Below, in pieces: positions 37,348 through 50,431 of a stretch of DNA of 64,000 bases. How positions within the stretch are numbered: position 1 is the stretch's first letter; each line of letters opens with the position of its first letter. This stretch comes from Trichosphaerium sp. ATCC 40318. Lineage: Eukaryota > Protista > Tubulinea. The DNA lies in NCBI GenBank assembly GCA_038496445.1, contig JALMLS010000548.1, positions 124,001 to 188,000 of the forward strand. Reading direction: 5' to 3'. The notes under the pieces were generated by a model. That model worked only from the letters and a program-made list of their open reading frames with translations. It had not been told where the DNA came from and ran no database searches. The position numbers and the translations under genes are program-made.

Positions 37348-37711
37348 CTCTCAGCGCTTTAAGTCCTCTATCAGTCACCTGAGTGTCTTCAAGATTAATT
37401 GTATGAACGCCTTTGAGTGTTTCAATGCCTTCATCTGTAACATAAATACCCTGTAGATAAATCATGCGAACACCAGCGAATTCTTTGATGAGATCATCAT
37501 TAAAGTCACCATCTAATATGATATTTGTGTTTCTAAGAATACCAGCATGTTTTACAACTGTTTTGGTTTGTTCAGGTGATACCTTAATTTTATGGTATCC
37601 AATAACGTCGTGAATGATAGAACAGAGTAGGTGACACGTCTGACAAGCCGCAAATCGCGCTGTGGTCGTTTGTCGTAAAATATGAGCCAAAATCTCAGGT
37701 GGCAAGTCCAA
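37348..37711 (-). pseudogene. 5' segment (F-box and first LRRs) of the disrupted F-box/LRR gene
   Basis: DLPPEILAHIL F-box and ARFAACQTC, paralogous to 7478-8551; the true ATG may lie slightly upstream. Confidence 0.85.
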
Positions 37712-37979
37712 AAATCCCTGATTAGCACTATCACGTGTTTGCGGTAAGTAGAAATTCGGTAGACAGTTCCTTCTTACTTATACATCTAATATTATTCCCA
37801 TGTAATCTACAATTTGGCTAGCTGTTGCGTCGCAAAAGGGACGTAGCCAAGTTTTGACTGCAAACTCTTCTCAACACCAAAAAGGAAACAGATTCTGAAG
37901 GCTCTGTGTTTTTTTGGTTTCACTCCAAATACACGTAGTACTATAATTCTTGCTTTCACTCAAGGGCGGCCGGATGCCT

Positions 37980-38741
37980 AAGGTTGCTGGGATAGATCAA
38001 TTATGACGAAGGGTAACTACGATCCTCCAGACTGCGTGTTTTGTGGTGAACTTGGTAGGCGTGAAATTTTTTTAAAAAGAGAAATAAATTGGACTTTTGC
38101 TCATTCTGATGCAAGGCTGAAAATCGCCAGATTTCTTTATTAACTGGATTGACATAGCTATTAGAGTTCAAGTTATCTTTACCATAATGGTAACCAAATT
38201 TCTTGTGCCTTGCGACACTAGTAATTGTAGTCTACAATATGGTACAACCGCAGCAACGTTTTATTCCTCCAGGTGGTGGGCCGTAGGAGGCCATCATAAT
38301 CGCCCCATCTGGTGCCAAATGAGGACCCTGCAATCAATTTAGCATACAGTAACCCTTTACTGTGTCAAAAATCGCACGTATGGAACAGATACTGCCGGTA
38401 ATGATTCCAAGCGCATTCTTTCAGCGGAGAGTTGTTGTGAACCTAAACCGAAAATTATTTCGGTTTCTATTTATCCTTTGACTTAAACAGTGTTGGGTGA
38501 CGCACTCAGATGCTGCACTTGATCAGAAAAGCCACTTTCAACTACTTTTGCTTTGTAGTACTCAATGGCTTCATTCAGACCTTGTATATTAGAACCGGAG
38601 CCTTGTGGGGTGTTTGGACTGGAAAGTAACTGATTCCGTTGTTCCTCTTTTAAAAAAATCAGAAGTGGCTTCATAACCGGTTTCAATGCTTCTAGTACCT
38701 AAAAAGAGAACTTCTTGTTGAAAACCAACGGCTGCTTCCAT
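37980..38741 (-). CDS. Hypothetical spliced protein
   Basis: MEAA|VLEALKPVMKPLL... with short GT-AG introns; the 3' end is uncertain. Confidence 0.4.
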
Positions 38742-38972
38742 GGTTGTTGGTTTATTAGAAAATTGATATATTTATGTTTTTATTTTAGCTAAAACCAAGT
38801 TATTTCAAATAAAAAATGGAAATAAAAAAGCGAGATCTTGGGCTCCCCTATTTTGTATCTGGTACTATTATCTTATGTTTTAGATAGAAAAGATATCCAA
38901 CATTACAGTATCGCATTTTGGCGTGGTTACAAGGAAGAGGAAGGGTAGGAAAGGTATTTGTTAACTTTTTAT

Positions 38973-40502
38973 TTAAAAGTTAATTGGTAGCACGTGAACA
39001 GGAGATTGTACAGGAGTTTCAATACCGGTTTCCAGTAAATGACCTTGATCATTTATGGCCAGAGTAATAATAGTATTACTGTGTTGATTTGCTATAAGCA
39101 TATACTTCCCTGTAGCGTCTATGGCAAAGGATCGAGGAAACTATAAAAAGTAAGCAAAGAAACTTTCTATCAAAAAGCAGTTCAGGATCCACGCCAAGGC
39201 AGTTTTTGTTATCAGAATGTACATGTAAACACACTATAAAATGCAAACCGAGGAGGTAATAATTTGTTGACAGCGGTGAACACAAGCAAAGGTTTACGTA
39301 CAACTCCTTGGGATCCAATGATTTGCGTATTTTCAAGTTTTCCTGTGGTAGGATCTATCTCAAATACTGCAATTGAATCGTGGCCTCTATTCGATGCATA
39401 TAACATATTAGGTAACGTAGGGTGAATCATAATCTCAGCACATGCGCTCCATTCATTGAAATCTGGGGGTAACGTAGACACGATTTGAATCGGTTTCAAA
39501 ATCCCATCGTTCAGTGTACAGGCAGTTACCTAGAAATATCACTTTAGTTCTAAATGATAAGCAAGATGTGTTACTACCGTATTAGCATACTCAGAGATGA
39601 TATAAGCATACTTCTTCGAAGAATGGATTACCATGTGTCGTGGACCTGTTTCATCTCCAAGTTGGAGAAAAGCACCATTTGGGTTTGGCACAAGTGGTTT
39701 TGTGCTGTTCGCCATATCAATGAGGTTGTATTGGTATACCTTGGATACACCTAAATCTATAGCGAATACATGCTTATTATCTGGTCCAACAACGACTTCA
39801 TGCGCATGCGGATCAAAGTTACCAGTATGTTGTATGACTTGTACGGGAGGTGTAAGATTTCCTTTGTAAGTTAATCTTTAACTAACATTTTCTCTCTTCG
39901 TACCATTCTTTGAAGAAAAGGCTGCAATATTGCCCGAACCTTGTCGTAGTGAGCGTACTCAAGAGTTGCTTTTCGAGGGTGGTACCATAGTTGGCTGCGA
40001 AAACAAAGTCTCCAGTTTTATCGGTTATTACATGACATCCATATTGTCCAGATGTCGTTTGTGCGTTTATCTTAGTTAGACCAAACGATTTTGATATTTT
40101 AAAGCTTGTGACAGTTGAAGAGTCACCTTCATTTACTGCATACAAGTACTCCTTTGATGGGTCTACAGCCAAGAATGATGGACTTGCTGTGTTTTGAAGT
40201 GTAAGAAGATTGACAAAACATTTCGTTTCGCAACGCACGTGTGGTTGTTGGTTGACCGTTAGTTAGAGGAGTTAGCTTGCCTTGAGCGAAAGAGTAAGCG
40301 TAGATGCCTAAGAAATTGTTTAGAGTGCTAAATATTGTATAAACAACGTGCCTTTACCGCTTCCGCCCATTTCAGAGGTGTATGTCCCAACAAAAACAAT
40401 TTCCGTTGCTACATCATTAGTTTTCGCTTATATCATTACCGTACCAAGAGATAGAACACATAAGAATAGTAAGACAATGACACCGAAAATTGTGGCTTTC
40501 AT
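38973..40502 (-). CDS. Secreted lactonase, 7-bladed beta-propeller (6-phosphogluconolactonase Pgl/YbhE family)
   Basis: Signal peptide, then FVGTYT, PSFLAVDP..YLYAVNE, FAANYGSG, PHAHEV, GPRHMV and LYASNRGHDSIAVF. Confidence 0.88.
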
Positions 40503-40715
40503 TGTGAAGAAGCTGAACTGTAAACGTACAAAAGTGGTCACGTTTTTTCCAATCAAAATCCACTATTCCTTATTGATCCCTTTCGGAATTGCACGATTGA
40601 ACAAAGGATTGTAGATAGCTTAACAGCCTAGACGGAAACAAATTACACCAGAGAAGCAAATACAGTGAGGATTTCATGTACACTAAACAGTGCTCTAGCT
40701 ATCTTAAAGTATTTA

Positions 40716-42585
40716 TTATTGTACATAAGGAGAACTATCACAAGCACTCTCTAGTTCTTTTTCTTTACTATCACTTGAGGCACTAGTACCACCCTTCGTA
40801 AAAGCAATTATCCAAATAACTACAAGCAGAACTAAAGTGGCTACAGCGAGTATACAAGAAGCAATTAAAACGCCATAAGAGTCTTGAACAACGGCGATAG
40901 GAGCACCAATTCCAATAGGAAATCCAAAAAATATGAATCCACCAAACAATCCAGCGCTCACCCACACCTTTTTAGATGTTCCCGCTTTACTTCCAGTTGT
41001 TTCTTGAAAAGCCTCTCCTATGTACTTGCTTAAAAAAACGAATGAAAAGGCAAGTCCGAATCCACCAAAGAAGAATGCAGCATAGATAAGATTATCTTTC
41101 ATTTTATCAGTGATGAGCGTGTCACTTCCTGCAAGAATGATAGGCAAGAATAAGCATAACGGAATGATAAGTAAGCACCATAGGGCATTTAATATAGAGA
41201 AATATAGATGACTCTACAAGGTTGTAAGTTAGTAACACTAAAAGATACAATACAAAAACCTCATTCAGAATAAAAACTTGGAAAGAAAGAGGATTTGTAT
41301 CGTAAAGTACAGTCAACTTTAGAGTGTAACTCTTCTAAAAATTTCAAATGTACGCACAATGCTTTTAAATATGTAGAAGCTGCAAGATATAGTTGTAAGG
41401 TATAAGCAAAAAATAATAACCGTTACAGGGAAAATAAGTACTCCCCACATCCATGAATCAAGTCCTAAATAACTACATTTAGAATAAGTAGCATTTCACT
41501 ATCCCTACCAGTTTTAAATTGTACGCTCTGACAGGCTTCATTATCATAGAAACATTGAGAAGACGCGTTTAGCTAAAAAAAAGTTAAAAATCAAAACAAA
41601 ATTATATCGCTTGTAGCGCTCTGGTATTATCTTTAAAAAATTATTGTGAGCCGCTAAACGATATATCGCTTATACTAGAATGCGTAAAAAATAATGAACG
41701 CGTTGTAAAAAATCACAGTTCAAAGTTAACGCAATCGGAAAAAAACGAGAAAAGTTCACAAAGTGTACTTGTATTGACTTTCTAAATGTATCCATTGAGT
41801 CGAAATCCCTTCCAAAATAGCGTTGCGTTGTATAAGGAACATCACCATTACTACAACATGTATCTTGTGTCTCAGTACATGAATACTTGAACTGCAAAAA
41901 ACACTTACTTAGAAAAACACTTGAGATTTTTGTCAGTTTCGATTTACCTGTGTAGTAACTGTGTAACATTCACCACAGTCTATTTCGCATAGTTCATTAG
42001 CTACTTCAGTACAGCACCTGCAGTTACACCTACGCTCTTTATAATATTAGAGTCAACGGAGTATTATTGTAGTGTACAAGTACCTCGTAAAATGCCGTCT
42101 TGATCAACGTATGTACACGTATCACAGCAAGTCTGACAGCATCTGAAGCCGTTACCGCAAGGTCCTGCATTCAGTAACTATTGTGTGAGTTAAAAAAAGC
42201 AATAAACGACAACATACTTGAAGTTGAAGATCACAATCGGGTGTTGTTCTGGAAAAAAAGAAAAAGCGTCAGTTTGTAACAGTGTGTACCGCAAAGTAGT
42301 TAAAAAGCATTTGTACGTGTTAGCACACAAGCAGTTAATCTTTTCGCAGCATCTTGAGCTCGTTGTATTAAAACTTACCGAAGTGCACACTGCACGCTCC
42401 AATCTAGCATCTATTCGCACCTCAGGCGATCTAAATGACAGTTAGTGTCTTTATACAGAATTGTGCTAATTAAAGCACGAAACAATTTAAAACTGCTGTA
42501 AAGGCGTACATTACTACGAGTTGTACAGGTAGATACCAGAGAAGCAAGAAAACCACGCCCAAAGTAATAAACCAGCAAGAACATG
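40716..42585 (-). CDS. Multi-pass membrane protein with a Cys-rich N-terminal extracellular region
   Basis: Cys-rich exons (CCQTCCDTC, QDTCC) followed by several hydrophobic helices; exon boundaries approximate. Confidence 0.55.
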
Positions 42586-43070
42586 AACAGGCTAAATCCG
42601 ACTTTTCTTCCTTGTCACTCATCACGTATTGTTATTGTACGAATAGTTGTTTGTCGGAGTTACGGTATTCAGTGACACTCTGCCAATGAATACACAAGAC
42701 TTTTAGTGTTTTTGTATTCGTTAATTTCAATCAGTGAACGGGCTTGTTTATCACCCTGATTTACTCTTACTTTGAGTGCCTAGGTAAGTTTTGTAGCGTA
42801 GTTGTTCACTTCAAAGACAACTTATTATCAATTCAAGGTTTGTTCGAAATCGCAAAAACTGCGTTTTGAGCAGTTTTGTTCGTCAATGTGATCAGTATGT
42901 AGTTCGCGTTAACAAGCAAAAATGTTTTAGCTACATGCTAGCACCCGTCATAGTAATTATGAGGGCGAAAAATGTTTAGGTTATGAGTAATGACGAACTT
43001 GTAAAAATTGCTATTGATAATTGTGTCAACTCCTTCGTTTACTAAGTCAATACTTATTGTGACAAGAGAC

Positions 43071-46000
43071 TTATTCGGAACATATTGGGCGGGTTTGTGT
43101 GCGTTGGTAAACGGGAACTAAATCAATTGGTGCTTTGATAGTGACCCACTTGGTTTGTTGAATGATTAACTCTTTGCTATCTTTAGGATTGTTCAAGTCC
43201 TTCCATATTCCTTCAGGAAAGTATACTTGACGCTCAGTTTTACCTGAAGACATTACAGGTGCCACTAGAATATCATCACCTAGCATATATTGATCTCCTA
43301 CGGACTGAGCAACAGTATCTGCTGGACAAAACCATGCCATAGGCCTAGAAAAAAATATTACTTTCGTGTTCGTTGAAGAACAAATGTGTCTACCTCACAA
43401 CTGGTAGTCCAGTTGTAGCTACTCCTTGAACTTGTTCAATGAGATAGTTTATATGCTTAGTGCGTAACTTCAAGGTATTTCGGCAAATAGTAACCTAACA
43501 GTGTGGCAACCAAATTAATAACAATGAATAAAATTGGGATATTTTGATTGTTTACTGTTTCTTCATCGTAATCCCATGGGACTAAAGAAAATTGTACTGC
43601 AGGTAAGAATATATTGGCTTGTATCCATCTAATGAATAATTCTTTATCGGGCATTCTAAGATATGGAGTAAGACAGTATTCTGAGGGAAAACACTACATG
43701 TGCAAATACAAATATTCTGCTAAAAACTAAAAAGTTAACAACTCTTTTGTACCGTCCGGCATATGCATTTCCGCCAATCATGTCAGGTAATATGTATCTA
43801 TAACCAATAATACTCAGGTTCAAAGCTGTTGTAATAACACCTTACAATAACTGAGCATAATTGAACTCTTTTTAAAAAAAAGTCAAGTAGTACTTTGCAA
43901 TCCATTGTTTAACCCCCAAACAGAGAACCTATCCCATTCTCTCAATAAACAAGGAGAACCTTGAGTATCATATCCACAACGTACTTCACCAATATTGAAG
44001 TGACTTGCTATATTTTCAACCCATAGTTTTGCATAATAGTTATGGCATGGTATTGAATTCTACTGCAAAATTAGTACCGTAGTGTTGTACTTTGCTCTCC
44101 AAAATTGATACTACAACACTATAAAGTATTGTATTTAAAATCAATAAATACTGTACTTTAAATAATGGATTGTTTGGAAGGAAGGTAGCCTCTCCAGCAT
44201 CGAATTTGAACCCATCAATATTATATTTGTCTTTAAAATCCTGAAGCCGTTTTACAAACCATGAAACAGCATCAGGGTTAGTCACATCAATACCAACGCC
44301 ATCACCTAATACAAGTTATGGATAAAGACACCAAACTGACAAACACAGCATACTAGCATGTGTATTCAAATAGTACAAACTTTTTTAGGTGAGGACTTTT
44401 TTTGGTTCCTCAAATATGGACTTCTGACGAAATTTGTTGTGTACCTTGCCACCATTTAAAACTAGCAGTTTTCATTGTGTCTTTACTCTTCAACCAATAT
44501 CCGTTATCATTTCCTTCCACAAAGGCCTTTGATGACGATACAGCGAAAGGTGTAACCCAAACTGTAACAGAAAACCCTTGCTGGTGAAGAGTTTCAACCA
44601 TATCTTTTGGGTTTGGAAATTTTTCAAGATTAAACTCAAAGTCTCCATACTCTGTACTCCATTTATCGTCTATTTCCATTATTGGAGTCTAAAAGTATTA
44701 CTTTCGTTACAGCAATGCTTTAGAGAATGAGAACATACCGCAAAAAACATGTCATTATCAATAATCTCTTGAGCATAATCAAGTACATTTTTTTGAGTAA
44801 CACCTATTTTAAAACGTGCCCAGGTGCTCCAAGTGATACCTCTGAAAAGATTCAATGGTGGTGATTCTGTAGGCCTAGGCGAAGAGTCTATAATCCAAGA
44901 TTTTTGAGCTTCAGAAACATTATCATGACAATGAACAGAGTACGATATTATCCTATGCATATTAAGCCAAAAACTTGATCAAGACAATATGTTAGGCTCA
45001 CTCATCATTTTCAGAAATACTATCTAATACTTTTATTGTCAACGCCTTATCACGATCTAATGCTCTTGGATCAACCAGCCTAGGAAGCGTCCCTGACAAA
45101 TTAGCTACAGATTCTTCAAAGGATTCATGGACTTGAGGTTCCAGATGAGCTTCGCTCGGTATTGCATGAGTTGCGTTCATTGAAACATGAAGAGGAAACT
45201 TAGGCGCTACACTTATTGTCACACCTGATAGTATTTTAATTGGTAGTAAACTAATCTTATCCGTACCTTCAGAAGTATACCACACAGGATGTAATGCATC
45301 ACCTAAACCTGTGCTACCATTATCACTTACATTGAATGGTCCGTGATCTGTTGGTGATGTTAGTGTTGTCTATTGTCTAAGCGTACTCAATCTCAGTGAT
45401 TCTATTGTCCATAATTGTCTCACAGTTTCTCCTCCGCCATACCAGTGCGCCTTACCAAGATCAAAACTTTCTTGTGATAGCAACAAATTGCTCTCTATTC
45501 GACTTGACATTGGCTTTCCCCAAACATCATAAAACGCTTTTCCAATACACTCACTAGGAGTCCTGTTCCCGCATGGTTCCCAAATATACTCACCACTATC
45601 CAGTAGTGCTTTATACTTGTAAACACACGCGTTACGAGAACTTTTGGAGAATCTAAAAGACCATACACCAAAATCATCACAAATCATTTCTCTTTCTTTT
45701 TGCCAATCGTTTTCAATACCCATTACGCACACTCTTTGCAAACACGTGTCATTTAAATTGTTCAAGAAGTCGTAAAATATGCGTACATTCTAGCATAGAA
45801 CGGTAGTTTCAATTTCAATGTTGTAAGCGATGAGAGCCGAGTTGAAAGTGAAGAACTTGTCGATTTCCAGCGAAATAAAAAGCCGTTCCTCTCTTTAAAA
45901 AACCAGTTTGTGAATCATACACCTGTATACGCAACTGAAACGCTCGCGTTGACTTTGATTATGATTTGCTGCTTACCTTTTGTTATTTTTACGCTTCTTT

Positions 46001-46211
46001 CTAGCGTTTTAAATACTATACAATCGTTTGTGGCTGTTAGTGCGCCTTTTCCGTTAAAATCAAGGTGAGTACTCCATGCTTGCTTTAATACGCCATCACG
46101 CGTTAATTGATACGTTAGCAATGATCTACTAGGATACCACTGCACCAGGAGCTTATTTTGGGCCCCAATACCAGTTAAAGAAGCCCCATTAGCTCTATTC
46201 ATGAGCAACAA
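43071..46211 (-). CDS. Glycoside hydrolase family 31, MYORG/NET37-like
   Basis: WSTWARFK, EIDDKW, GFKFDAGE (nucleophile), PDMIGGNAY, ELFIRW..FLPAVQFS..PWDYD and DQYMLGDDILVAPV; start uncertain. Confidence 0.9.
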
Positions 46212-46345
46212 GCAAAACAGTACTAAGCTTGCTTAAGCCGGAAATGACTGGCAGAAAGCTGTCAAAGAAAACAAAACACGTGATACGGATGAGTTTTTGA
46301 ATACCTTCTTAGACATTTCGAATAGAACCAGCATTGCTTAAGGTA

Positions 46346-48499
46346 TGATAACTTTTTAAGTTGTCAGAGTAATATTTGTGCTGACGTAACCAATGTGTAA
46401 CCTCAATCTATGCTTCCTAGTTATATTTTTCACCGCGCTGTATCCTGTTACATCCACAGAATGTAAGCATAACCAATTCCAAATACAATCTGAATTATAG
46501 TACTTTTTATTTTTTGCTTGTTTTTTCAACTTACATAGTCTAGTTCGTATTGAATCAGACCAGTGTGTGGACACTTATGTTGAACGAGTTAACCCGGATA
46601 AGTCTCACGGTAATGACTCGATATTGGTTATAGCCCCTGGCATTATCGAAAGCATTGGTCTCATTAAATTCAACATTTTCGAGGACGAAGGTACTGTCAC
46701 GTGACTATTCGTAATTATAAATCTGAACGATACCAGGAGGGATTGTAAGAAGAAACGATACAATCTTAAATGCTACTCTAGTTTTAACAGTAGAAGAGGG
46801 CAATGGGTATTTAGATATCCACATAACGAATCCAGAATGGTATTACAATTCAACTTTTTCATCTTGGAATGAAGATCAATTTGTGCCTGGGCTAAATCCG
46901 CCGTTTGCAAACAATACGATACAAATGATCGTCACTGGTTATATTAGATACTTCCAGCGAGGGGGCGCAAACGCATATGGATTGTCTATTAATTCACTTG
47001 GAGATGAAGTGTTGTCGATTTCAAGGTAATTAATGTTATTTTGTACATTCGCTAATTTACGGGTCAGCTGCGATAGCCCAACTGCTAGCGATAGGCCTTA
47101 TTTGGTGATAAATATCGTACCACGGCCAACAGATGCACCTATAACTGAAAGTCCTATACCAACTGATGCCCCTACATTTGCAGCAAGCAGTTGTGAACTT
47201 TTTTACGATGATGGTACATTGTTTTTCCTTGTTTTTTACCATTCTTACCCCTATAGCGTTCTTAAATAAGCATACAGAACCACTTGTTATTTACGGTCAC
47301 GTATGCGCTCTTTGTACGTCAGAATTACCAGGAATATTCAAAGATGGACCAGTGACAGTGACAATTGACAAGATACCAGTTTATTCACAAAGAGATGTTC
47401 GAAAAGATACTACATCAGGTAAGTTTTGACTTTTGTGTAACAAACGAGGAACTGAAAGTGATCCCCTTTCAGAAGCCAAAACAATTCTACTAATAACAAG
47501 TGTCACGTGATTTTTTTTGATAATAACAGTATACATACAGCTGGCTTTTGCTTTCTTGTACCTCGTATCAGTACACAAAGGGATACCGTCGATATGGAAT
47601 TCACGTACTTAATCGTCGTAACCCTCTAAAACTGAACAGTTTTTAGTTTGCCTTTGTACAATGTGACTGTAGAGCAGCCAGTAGACTTTGCTGCGCATGT
47701 TTCTCAAACAATTGGTACGTTTATTTAACCTTCGGCTTACCATATTCTAACGTTGTACTTTTTAGGCTGTACTTTAGCTTGCACGAACATTACAAGTATA
47801 GTTATACCAGATGATTTAGAAATCACATCACCTGCTATAGTAGTCAACAATATTATCATTGAGGGCAACTTCACGCTGTCAGAAACAGGTTTGAACTTGT
47901 TTTCTTCTTTTACTAAGTACTGTAGGCGTGGCTTCACTTGTTGCAGGCACAACAATAACTGTAACTGGCTGTACCAAACTTCTTGGAGATATAAACGTTA
48001 ATGTTAGTGCTGTTGAGATTGAGAAAGATAAAGAACTAGAAATACCAGTTATTTTATCAGGATGTCTTGATGTAAAACAAACTTTCAACATCAATCTTAC
48101 ATATCTACACGTACGTAAACCAGTACCTAAACCGTCCTTGAAAAGTGAGATTTATGTTATATTTATAGGATCGAGAGTGTACCATCAAGAATGGACAAGG
48201 AAGAATGTCTAATTTTGGAATAAGTTTGTTTGTATCACGTGATGACAGCAATTGTAATGCTGAAGATGATGAAGCAAGTTTTAGGATTTTGGTATGGTTG
48301 ATACCTTTAGTTGTATGTGTTGCAATAATCATCGTTATTATGATAGTAGTGATAAGCGTTTGCATAATGTACGAAAAACAGAGTTACTATTGTTTTGAAA
48401 AGGTTGAATATATTTTAACAATAGTCTAGGCGCTCAAGGGAAACTAAGTATGACAAAGAAATGGCTAAAGTTACTGAACAAATGCAATCTTACCGCTGA
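46346..48499 (+). CDS. Type I membrane protein with a DNRLRE/CBM96-like N-terminal domain, PT-rich linker and C-terminal TM
   Basis: DTYVERVNPDKSHG...LIKFNI...RPYLVINI, PTDAP repeats, TM ILVWLIPLVVCVAIIIVIMIVVI; start approximate. Confidence 0.55.
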
Positions 48500-48627
48500 G
48501 ATAAGTTTTTTACCAAAAAGCAGATACAGATACAGTTTCAATTATCTGTTCCCAACTCAACAGCTTGTACAAAAAGAAATACTGTAAACAGGGTTTTTTT
48601 CTCGTTATTACAAGTTCGTTATTCAAT

Positions 48628-49623
48628 TAATAATATCTGTTCCATTGAAAGATTTCCATTAAAAGCTAAAAGAACCAGTCTCAGTACTACAAGCAATGAC
48701 TGAACTCGTACCTCATCATCTTCATCAAAGCTATTTTCGGTGTCTTTGCTTTTTACTCTTCTAGATCTTTCTTCTTCCTCTGCTTTATGTACACTTTCTA
48801 GATTCTCTGTGCGTTCTTTTTCTTCCGCAGCAATCTTATCTTTTTCTTCTTTAATCTATAAAACTCAGTAAATAAAGATGTTGAAGCATGTTTCAATGTA
48901 CTCTTCTTTGTCTTTCTTCTTCTTCAAGTTCCTTTACTTTAGACAGAGGACTATGTTCTTCAATAGGTCCAAAACGCTTCTTAGCAATAACAACATTACA
49001 GTCCGCATTTTCAAGACAATACTTTGTAGTTGAACCAATAAACATTCTTAACACATAGTAAGAAAATAAGAAGAAACTCAACTTCGAACCTAGTCAAACT
49101 CCCAATATCTCTTCTGCCGACAACAAGTGTTGTTATATTCTTCTCTTTAACGGCCTGACAAAGATAGGCATCAGCAGGAAAAAAACAGGTGACTACAAAG
49201 CGAACATGGACACTAGCAACAGACCTCGCAAATACCGTATCCTGCGTGATTATTCCAACCTAAAATAAGTTCTGCATTCACCCCTACTTCCTTTGCCTTG
49301 TCGTAAAAGTACTTTAACGTTTTTTTGGACATCTTGGTCTTTTCTAAAGTTAGACACCTGAGATCAAGTGATGCTGATTAAAAAAACGTACTTCTGAGTC
49401 TTGCTGCTCTGACATGAACTCAACGTTAGATAGGCCTACCATTACTGCATGAACCTCCTCTGCGGCCTTATAGATGTATAGCTTATCATTCTTAATGTCC
49501 ATGAGCGAAACAGCCTTCAAAAAAGTTCGTTAACGATTTTAGCACCGGCTTTTTAACTCTAACCATGTTGAATGCCCATTGAGCATATTCTGATTCGTCT
49601 ACTGCTACAAGCCATCTTGCCAT
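48628..49623 (-). CDS. Universal stress protein (Usp domain) with charged C-terminal tail
   Basis: MARWLVAVDESEYAQWAF...LVVGRR...MFIGSTTKYCLENADCNVVIAK. Confidence 0.88.
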
Positions 49624-50431
49624 TTGTGTTTCCTATGTTACTGTGTTTGAAAAATAAATCTTCAACGGATGCTTGGTATCCGTAAGAACAGAGAAAACTA
49701 AGAACGGTATCTTGTTGTTCTAAGTTTGTACCACATTGGATTGTCTATTATATATTGGGCTATCAAGTGTTGGCTCTACCTCTTCGTTTACAACTTGTTC
49801 ATATCATTAGGCTTGTCTAGTGTGGGACCATGGCGGAATCATTGTATTCCTACATTACACACTCGATTTCGTCCTAGAAGGTGGGGCATAGCAGATTACA
49901 CAGCTTTGTACATCCTCAAGAAGTATCAAATACTTGTGGCATGCTATACTTGCGTATTTGTTAGATTCATTGTACGAAAAAAATTCAACGAAAACGCAAC
50001 GTAGCAGTCCTCCGAATCCTACTACCAACGTCGGTTTAGTCACGTGAATATAAAACTACGCTTGTTTCTTCCAACATAAGATATTCAAAAATAATGAACA
50101 CAGAAGGTGAGCTGCTGGTCTCCAATATTGTAAACATAGTCACTCCTAACCACGTGACCAATAAAACAAAGCTAAATAAATGATTTCGCTACTGTGGATC
50201 TTTGTGCAGTGTTTGCTTATGAAAAACTTCAATAAAAACTTCTTACTACAAAACCCTTGTGTTCCCTTCCACAAGGACCAACGCTCTTGATTCTGTATAT
50301 TTATCTTTCAGTGAGGCGTATTAATATTGTTATGTCAGATGATAAGTAAACTGAAGAATACGGCAAAGAAAAGAACTCCGTATTTGTGTACTGTGGCTTA
50401 AGCAGCAGTTATTCTTTTACTACGTCTCCAA

